64,000 bases of DNA from an uncultured Bacilli bacterium (GTDB lineage Bacteria; Bacillota_I; Bacilli_A; RFN20; CAG-826), in assembly GCA_944350425.1 (NCBI GenBank), contig CALVOX010000005.1:26100-90099 (forward strand), in the 5' to 3' direction. Of the stretch, positions 57,532-64,000 are shown in pieces (position 1 is the first letter of the stretch; every line of letters begins with the position of its first letter). Below the pieces are notes generated by a model. It searched no databases, was not told where the DNA came from, and saw nothing but the letters and a program-made list of their open reading frames with translations. Position numbers and translations under genes: made by a program.

Positions 57532-58812
57532 ATGCTAGATATAAATTATATACTTGAGAATAAGGAAGAAGTTAAAACTTTACTAAAAAATAAAGGCTAC
57601 GAAGCTGATATTGATACTTTATGTGAACAATTGGTTCAAAAAAGAGCTATTCAAAGAAGTGTTGAGCTAAATAAAGCTGAACAAAACAAACTTTCAAAAT
57701 CTGTTCCACAAGTTAAAAAAGAGGGTGGGGATGTTAATGCAATTTTTGCAAAAGTTAAAGAATTAGCTGCTGAAAATAAGGCTAATGAAGATAAATTAGT
57801 TGTTTTAGAAAAAGAAATATATGATGTTTTAGTAGCTTTACCTAATTTACCTGATAAAGATCTATTACCTGGTGAAAAAGAAAATAACAAACCAATTTAT
57901 TATTATAAAGAAAAACCAATTTTCTCATTTAAATTAAAAGATCATGTTACATTAGAAGAATCTCTTGGCTTAATTGATTATGAAAGAGGTGCTAAAGTTT
58001 CTGGCGCTGGAACATGGTTCTATACTGGTTTAGGTGCACAACTTGAATGGGCTCTATTAAATTTCTTTATTTCTGAACATTTAAAAGATGGTTTTACCTT
58101 TATGCTTCCTCCACACATTTTAAATTATGAAAGTGGATTTACTGCAGGCCAATTTCCAAAATTTGAAAACGATATTTTTAGACTTGATTTACCAGAACAA
58201 TTTAAATTCATGCTTCCTACTGCTGAAACAGCTTTAGTAAATTACTATAGAGGTGAAATTTTAAAAGAAGAAGAACTTCCAAAGAAATTTTTTGCTTATA
58301 CTCCTTGCTATAGAAAAGAAGCAGGAACAAATAGAGTCGAAGAAAGAGGAATGATTAGAGGTTACCAATTTAACAAAGTTGAAATGGTTGAATATACAGC
58401 TGATAATGATTCTGACAGAGCATTTGAAGAATTAGTAAATAAAGCAAAAACGTTAGTTGAAAAACTCGGTTTACATTTCAGAGTTTCCAAACTTGCTGCA
58501 GGTGATTGTTCCCACTCTATGGCAAGAACTTATGATATTGAAGTCTATTTACCATCTTTAGATATTTATAAAGAAGTCTCTTCTGTATCTAATGCTAGAA
58601 GCTATCAAGCAAGAAGAGGTATGATGAGATATAAAGATAGTCAAGGCAAAGTTCATTATATGCATACACTTAATGGCAGTGGACTTGCTACATCAAGAAT
58701 TTTCCCAGCTATCTTAGAACAATATCAAAATGAAGATGGTTCAGTTACCATTCCAGAAGTACTTAGACCATTCATGGGTGGATTAACTGTTTTAAAACCA
58801 ATTAAAAAGTAA
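57532..58812 (+). CDS. serS: Serine--tRNA ligase
   Basis: N-terminal coiled coil, motif 2 YTPCYRKEAG, motif 3 GSGLATSRIFPAILE. Confidence 0.97.
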   Translation: MLDINYILENKEEVKTLLKNKGYEADIDTLCEQLVQKRAIQRSVELNKAEQNKLSKSVPQVKKEGGDVNAIFAKVKELAAENKANEDKLVVLEKEIYDVLVALPNLPDKDLLPGEKENNKPIYYYKEKPIFSFKLKDHVTLEESLGLIDYERGAKVSGAGTWFYTGLGAQLEWALLNFFISEHLKDGFTFMLPPHILNYESGFTAGQFPKFENDIFRLDLPEQFKFMLPTAETALVNYYRGEILKEEELPKKFFAYTPCYRKEAGTNRVEERGMIRGYQFNKVEMVEYTADNDSDRAFEELVNKAKTLVEKLGLHFRVSKLAAGDCSHSMARTYDIEVYLPSLDIYKEVSSVSNARSYQARRGMMRYKDSQGKVHYMHTLNGSGLATSRIFPAILEQYQNEDGSVTIPEVLRPFMGGLTVLKPIKK

Positions 58813-58823
58813 TATAATATTAA

Positions 58824-58909
58824 AGCCGTTGCGATTCAATACTACGAACCTGGTCAGGATGGGAACATAGCAGCCATAAGTAGATCCATTGAATGTGCGA
58901 CGGTTTTTT
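58824..58909 (+). ncRNA. ffs: Small (4.5S-type) signal recognition particle RNA
   Basis: GCCGUUGCGAUUCAAU pairs with AUUGAAUGUGCGACGG. The apical part CCUGGUCAGGAUG-GGAA-CAUAGCAGCC matches the conserved domain IV (GGUCAGG...GNRA...AGCAGCC). Ends in a U-tract. Lies between serS and tadA. Confidence 0.85.
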
Positions 58910-58914
58910 AAATT

Positions 58915-59367
58915 ATGATTAAAAAAGATTACGAGAAATATATGGATTTAGCTTTAGAAGAAGCTAAGAAAGCCTTTAAAAATAATGATGTGCCTGTTGG
59001 GTGTATTATTTTAGATAAAAACAATAACTTACTTTCTAAAGGTTACAACCAAAAGGAAAAAGAACAAGATTTAACATTGCATGCTGAAATTGTTGCGATA
59101 AAAGATGCTTCAAAGCAGATAAATAATTGGAGATTAGATAAGTGTACTTTAGTTGTTACTTTATCACCTTGTTTGATGTGTCTTGGAGCAATAATATCTT
59201 CGAGAATTAAAAGAATTGTCATAGGAACTTATGATGATTCTAAGGAATTTGATTTTAGATTATTTAAAGATTTATTGTTCGAAAACAATATTGAATTGAT
59301 AGATGGTATAAAAGAAAAAGAATGTTCCGATATTATTAAAGAATTTTTCAAAACAAAAAGATTTTAA
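58915..59367 (+). CDS. tadA: tRNA-specific adenosine deaminase
   Basis: HAEIVAI and PCLMCLGAI zinc-binding motifs. Confidence 0.93.
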   Translation: MIKKDYEKYMDLALEEAKKAFKNNDVPVGCIILDKNNNLLSKGYNQKEKEQDLTLHAEIVAIKDASKQINNWRLDKCTLVVTLSPCLMCLGAIISSRIKRIVIGTYDDSKEFDFRLFKDLLFENNIELIDGIKEKECSDIIKEFFKTKRF

Positions 59368-59487
59368 TTTATTTTTATACGATAATTATCTTACTTTGAC
59401 ACTTTTTATTTAACTTTGTAAAAAAATATTACAATGTGTTGAAAAATATTTCTTTTATTTTTTATAAAATGTAATCATAATATTAAT

Positions 59488-62232
59488 ATGCTTGAGCTTA
59501 AGAATATTTCAAAGATATATGGTGAGAAAGAAACAAAATTTTATGCTTTAAATAACATAAATATGTCTTTTCCTGACTCTCAATTTTGCTGCATATTAGG
59601 CCCATCTGGTTCTGGCAAATCTACCTTACTTAATATCATCGGTGGTTTGGATAGATATACAGAAGGTGATTTAATTATCGATGGTGTTTCTACAAAACAA
59701 TTTAAAAGCAACGATTGGGATAATTATAGATCAAAGAAAATTGGTTTTGTTTTCCAACATTATAATTTAGTTAATCACTTAACAGTTTATGAAAATCTAG
59801 AAATTGCTTTAAAAATTGATGGCTACGAAAGGAGTAAAAGAAGAGCTAAATGTGATGAGGTTCTTGAAAAAGTAGGTTTAAGCGGCCAAGGTCATAAATA
59901 TCCAACAGAAATGTCTGGTGGTCAACAACAAAGAGTTTCTATTGCTCGTGCGTTGATTAATGACCCTGATATTATTTTAGCTGATGAACCAACTGGAGCA
60001 CTCGATTCGAAAAGCAGCGTTGTTGTTCTAGATATTTTAAAAGAGGTTGCAAAAACAAAACTCATCATTATGGTTACTCATAATGAAGAATTAGCAAATC
60101 AATATGCAAATCGTATTATTAGAATTCATGATGGTGACATTAATAGCGATACAAATATTCATGAAGGAAGTATGGAAAAACCTGAAACTTCATCAATTTT
60201 TGGTAAAAAGAAATCAAAAATGAATTTCTGGACATGCTTACATATGTCTTTTAGAAATTTATTAACAAAGAAAGTTAGAACAGTTTTTACCTGCTTAGGT
60301 TGTTCTTTCGGTGTTGTTGGTGTTGCTCTTGTTTTAGCTTTATCAAATGGTGTTACAGGATATATTGGAAGAATAGAAAGCGAAGCGGCTGGCATGCTTC
60401 CTTTAACAATTTATTCTTCTTCAACTACTTCCGAGATAGTAAATGCGGATGATATGAATGAACAATATCCTGATGATGATTTACTTAGACCTTATGTTGC
60501 TCAAATGTCAACTACTGGTGAAGTAAAAGTTAATTATCTTAGTGAAAAATATATTAATTATCTTAATTATATAAAAGATACTACTGATTATATGAATGAT
60601 TTCTTTGCTCAAAGAGATAGTGCTTATTCATATAATTTAGTCACTGAATTTCCTGATGGTTCAGTTCAAATGATTGATAATTCTGCTTCAATTAATTCAG
60701 AAGTACTTAATCAAATTACTTCTATGGTTTCCATGCCAAATACTCCTTTCCATGCTTTAGCAGGAAGAGAAGAATATGTTACCCAAACTTATGAAGTTAT
60801 TTATGGCGAATATCCTAGTACAGATAATCCTTATGAAGTTGTTTTAGTAGTAGATCAATATAACTCAATTCCATTAGGTACTTTACAAGCTTTAGGAATT
60901 TACGATTCATCGTATCAAGATCCAATTGAAGCTAATAAAAACCCTATTTCCTTTAACGATGTTTTAGGAAAGAAGTATAAGATTTTTACAAACGACGAAA
61001 TTTATGATGTTGAACAAAAAACGACAGTTGTCGATAAAAAAGGTTTTTCACGTGAAATAATTTCAGCTAATGAATTAAATTTGGAGACTGCTTTTAATTC
61101 CTCATTAGGCCATGAAGTTGAAATTGTTGGTATTCTCCGTCCAAAACAAGGTGTAACTTTGCCTGGACTCGGAACTGGTTTATGTTATCAACAATCTTTA
61201 GCAGATTTATTAATTGAAGAAAATGATCAATCTGCACTTACTCAACACTCTTTAACAAACTTTTCTTTAAAGAAATATGTTATTTTTTCAGATTTTAGAT
61301 CAGAAATGTACGATTTAATGACTTCTATGGACATGAATACAGTATTATCTGATTTATCAAATGCAATTAATATAATTACTCAATTTAATAGAGTTTTTAA
61401 CAAATATTTTGATTTCTATTCCTTATTTAATGGATCGATTTTACCAAATGGTGTAACAGATTACGTAAATGAGCTTAAAATAGTAGGAGCCGATGTTAAT
61501 AATTATGATTTGTTAGAAAATGGAATTGAAAATACATTTTTAGATATGTTAACCGCCTATGAAAGAGGCGATATTAATGAATTTTATGATGCAGTTATTA
61601 ATATTGTTTGTTACCTTAACCAATATAATAAAATCCAATCTATTTTAATTTATCCATCAAGTCTTGAATCAAAACAAAAAATCATCGACATGCTTGATGA
61701 ATATAATATTGTTAGTGATAATCCAAATGATCCATATCATGCAACAAGCGAAAACGAGAAAGTCTATTACACCGATTTAGTTTCTATGATTACAGGTGCA
61801 CTTTCTCAAATGATTAATGTCGTTTCGATTGTCTTGGTATTGTTCTCTTCAATTTCTCTTATTGTTTCGTGTATTTTAACCGCAATTATTACTTATTCAT
61901 CGGTTATAGAAAGAACAAGAGAAATTGGTATTTTAAGGTCGTTAGGAGCTAGAAAAGGAGATGTTGGAACATTATTTATTGCTGAGTCTGTTTTAGTTTC
62001 AACTATTGCTTCTGTTATTGGCTGTTTCGTTTCTTTTATAGCAGCTTTTCCATTAAATTATTTCCTTAATTTAATGTTCCCTGAATATTTCTTAGGTAAT
62101 ATTGTTTCAATGACTTGGATACATTGTATATTATTGTTCTGTATTTCGATTGTTATCGGATTTGTTTCGGGATTAATTCCTTCTAAGATTGCAGCGAATA
62201 AGGATCCTGTTCAATGTTTAATGAATGATTAA
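59488..62232 (+). CDS. Fused MacB-like ABC transporter (ATPase + FtsX-type permease with large ectodomain)
   Basis: Walker A GPSGSGKST, MSGGQQQRVSIARAL, ILADEPTGALD. Has TM1, an ectodomain of about 480 aa, and a C-terminal FtsX block ERTREIGILRSLGARKGDV with 3 TM helices. Confidence 0.9.
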   Translation: MLELKNISKIYGEKETKFYALNNINMSFPDSQFCCILGPSGSGKSTLLNIIGGLDRYTEGDLIIDGVSTKQFKSNDWDNYRSKKIGFVFQHYNLVNHLTVYENLEIALKIDGYERSKRRAKCDEVLEKVGLSGQGHKYPTEMSGGQQQRVSIARALINDPDIILADEPTGALDSKSSVVVLDILKEVAKTKLIIMVTHNEELANQYANRIIRIHDGDINSDTNIHEGSMEKPETSSIFGKKKSKMNFWTCLHMSFRNLLTKKVRTVFTCLGCSFGVVGVALVLALSNGVTGYIGRIESEAAGMLPLTIYSSSTTSEIVNADDMNEQYPDDDLLRPYVAQMSTTGEVKVNYLSEKYINYLNYIKDTTDYMNDFFAQRDSAYSYNLVTEFPDGSVQMIDNSASINSEVLNQITSMVSMPNTPFHALAGREEYVTQTYEVIYGEYPSTDNPYEVVLVVDQYNSIPLGTLQALGIYDSSYQDPIEANKNPISFNDVLGKKYKIFTNDEIYDVEQKTTVVDKKGFSREIISANELNLETAFNSSLGHEVEIVGILRPKQGVTLPGLGTGLCYQQSLADLLIEENDQSALTQHSLTNFSLKKYVIFSDFRSEMYDLMTSMDMNTVLSDLSNAINIITQFNRVFNKYFDFYSLFNGSILPNGVTDYVNELKIVGADVNNYDLLENGIENTFLDMLTAYERGDINEFYDAVINIVCYLNQYNKIQSILIYPSSLESKQKIIDMLDEYNIVSDNPNDPYHATSENEKVYYTDLVSMITGALSQMINVVSIVLVLFSSISLIVSCILTAIITYSSVIERTREIGILRSLGARKGDVGTLFIAESVLVSTIASVIGCFVSFIAAFPLNYFLNLMFPEYFLGNIVSMTWIHCILLFCISIVIGFVSGLIPSKIAANKDPVQCLMND

Positions 62233-62234
62233 TT

Positions 62235-64000
62235 ATGAAAAGAAAAAGAGAAACAAAAAAAGAAGTTGTAAAAAGATACAAACCTAAATTTTCAGAAGGT
62301 CTTTCTTCTTATCAAGTTAATAAAAGATTAGAAAAGAATTTAATAAATAAAGCTAAGGTTAAATTATCATATTCTTATTGGAAAATTATTCGAAAGAATG
62401 TTTTTACCTTTTTTAATATTCTATTACTTGTAATTGGCATTATTTTGATAGCCACTAACAATTGGTCTTCATGTATTTTTCTTATTATTTTAATTCTTAA
62501 TCTTGGGATTGGATTGTTTCAAGATATTAGAGCAAAAAGAGCAGTTGATAAATTATCTTTAATAGAAAAAGATAAAACAGTCGTCATTAGAAATGGCGAG
62601 AAGAAAGAGATATATTCTGATGAACTTGTTCTAGATGATGTAATTTTGTGTACAAAAGGTTCAAAAATTCCTTGTGATTGCATTATTATAAATGGTGAAG
62701 GAAGTTTAAACGAATCTTTAATTACTGGTGAATCGTTACCATTAAAAAAGACAGTTAATGATACGATATTATCAGGCACATACGTTGTAAGTGGCAATTT
62801 TTATGCTCGTGTAGATAAAATTGGCGAAGACAATTATATATATAAACTTCAATACAAATCCAAAGAATTTAAAGAGCCAAAAAGTAGAATGTTCCTACAA
62901 CTAAATAGACTTTTTAGATTTATTGGTGTAATTGTTATAGTTATTGGATTTTTACAATTAATCGAATTTGGACTTTTAACTATTTTTAACGAGGAGTTTG
63001 ATTTAGAAACTTTATGGGAATGGCTGCCTCCTTTGATTTCGAGATTAAGCGGTTCTTTGGTTTCGATGATTCCTTCTGGAATGTATTTACTAACATCGAC
63101 TGCTTTGGCTGTTGGCGTATTTTCTTTAACAAAAGAAAAAGTTCTTATTTCAGATATGTATTCTCAAGAAACATTAGCTAGAGTTGACACTTTATGCATA
63201 GATAAAACAGGTACTATAACCGATGGGAAAATGTCGGTTTTTAAGTATAAAATAATAGATAAAGATTTAGCTTCTGACAGATTTGATGCTTTAATTGCTT
63301 CTTATTGCCAAAAACTTGGAGAAGATAACGAAACAAGTAAAGCTCTTTTAAATTATTTTAAATCTAAGAAAATATTTAAAGTTAATAACTACATTCCATT
63401 TTCAAGTGTTTATAAATACAGTGCTGCTGAAATTGATGAAAATGGTACTTTAGTTATAGGTGCTTTTGATTTCTTTAATCTAACTAATAAAGCTGAAGTA
63501 GAAGAAATTGTTAATGAAGCAAGCGAAGCTGGACTAAGAGTTATTACCGTAGCTCTTTCTCCTTCAAAAATTGAAAATAACTTAATTCCTAAAGATTTAA
63601 AATGCATTGCATTAATTTATCTTCAAGACCATATAAGAGAAGATGTAAAAAATACAATTAAGTGGTTTAATAATAACGGCGTAGATATTAAAGTTATTTC
63701 CGGTGACAATCCATTAACTGCTTCATTGATTGCAAAAGAAGTAGGAATTGAAAATTGGGATAAATTTTGCTCATTAAGTGGTAAAAACGATATTGAGATT
63801 AAATCATTAACTAAGAAAAATTCTATTTTTGGTCGTGTTTCACCTGAACAAAAAGAAATGATTATTCAATCTTTAAGAGAAGATGGCAGAACTATTGCGA
63901 TGGTTGGGGACGGAATTAATGATATTTTATCTTTAAAATCCGCTGATGTTTCAATTGCATTGGAAAGTGGTAGTAAAGCAACAAAAGACATAGCTTCTGT
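62235..64000 (+). CDS. P-type cation-transporting ATPase, N-terminal about 588 aa (continues beyond window end)
   Basis: Absent from the ORF track because there is no stop in the window. ATG at 62235. Hand translation shows ITGESLP (actuator TGES), CIDKTGTITDG (phosphorylation site) and GDGINDILSLKSADV (hinge). Confidence 0.9.
   Translation, partial: MKRKRETKKEVVKRYKPKFSEGLSSYQVNKRLEKNLINKAKVKLSYSYWKIIRKNVFTFFNILLLVIGIILIATNNWSSCIFLIILILNLGIGLFQDIRAKRAVDKLSLIEKDKTVVIRNGEKKEIYSDELVLDDVILCTKGSKIPCDCIIINGEGSLNESLITGESLPLKKTVNDTILSGTYVVSGNFYARVDKIGEDNYIYKLQYKSKEFKEPKSRMFLQLNRLFRFIGVIVIVIGFLQLIEFGLLTIFNEEFDLETLWEWLPPLISRLSGSLVSMIPSGMYLLTSTALAVGVFSLTKEKVLISDMYSQETLARVDTLCIDKTGTITDGKMSVFKYKIIDKDLASDRFDALIASYCQKLGEDNETSKALLNYFKSKKIFKVNNYIPFSSVYKYSAAEIDENGTLVIGAFDFFNLTNKAEVEEIVNEASEAGLRVITVALSPSKIENNLIPKDLKCIALIYLQDHIREDVKNTIKWFNNNGVDIKVISGDNPLTASLIAKEVGIENWDKFCSLSGKNDIEIKSLTKKNSIFGRVSPEQKEMIIQSLREDGRTIAMVGDGINDILSLKSADVSIALESGSKATKDIAS

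Noticed and set aside
655-63607. Short ORFs of 61-104 aa in the track that lie antisense to or out of frame with long conserved genes. They are 655-873, 12857-13078, 19837-20025, 19853-20047, 22232-22486, 23713-24027, 25569-25763, 26999-27184, 30617-30814, 34653-34841, 34868-35155, 36469-36654, 39326-39514, 41518-41712, 43633-43839, 44085-44291, 46153-46386, 49881-50072, 52231-52467, 55709-55924, 57651-57890, 60159-60395, 62519-62797 and 63410-63607.
   Set aside because: Each is fully embedded in a much longer ORF with clear family motifs. They have low-complexity S/F/L/K-rich translations typical of shadow frames in AT-rich DNA, and none has an SD. The ORFs at 62519-62797 and 63410-63607 are antisense to the P-type ATPase that the track misses.
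1-64000. Search for CRISPR arrays, tRNA/rRNA genes, transposases, integrases, prophage genes and toxin-antitoxin pairs.
   Set aside because: I saw no regularly spaced direct repeats, no tRNA-like T-arm or acceptor patterns in intergenic regions, and no recombinase or transposase motifs in any ORF. The only RNA gene supported is the SRP RNA.

Overview
64-kb chromosomal segment of a very AT-rich, low-GC Gram-positive genome. It uses the standard code: TGA acts as a stop (e.g. the yaaA/recF ATGA overlap), and all conserved genes are intact under table 11. There are many lipoproteins. No cell-wall or sporulation genes sit where Bacillus has them. Together this suggests an Acholeplasma-like Mollicute or an Erysipelotrichia-like organism (inference only). 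The window spans the replication origin. On the minus strand lie rpmH-rnpA-yidC-jag-mnmE-tatD-rnmV-rsmA-ispE. oriC DnaA boxes follow at about 47.35-47.83 kb and 49.2-49.3 kb. On the plus strand lie dnaA-dnaN-yaaA-recF-gyrB-gyrA-(GT-like)-serS-SRP RNA-tadA, a fused MacB-like ABC transporter and a P-type ATPase that is cut by the window end. The 17-47 kb stretch is mostly core: trxB, pepO, lysS, dus, ftsH, tilS, yabO-like S4, mfd, pth, a TetR plus heterodimeric ABC exporter, an FGGY kinase and ppdK. The left 17 kb is accessory-like and holds the most interesting material. A SIR2-like (SIR2_2-type) protein with an unrecognised N-terminal domain is translationally chained to RDD-family membrane proteins. 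These form two tandem overlapping a/b cassettes. The block lies in the most AT-rich part of the window, next to decayed genes and a 648-bp non-coding region carrying three CACGTG-core sites. One of those sites is a perfect 14-bp palindrome. I propose the SIR2-RDD-RDD trio as a candidate undescribed membrane-coupled NADase (defence-like) module, from motif reading only. I found no rRNA, tRNA, CRISPR array, transposase or integrase. All domain calls are by eye from motifs, with no searches run.
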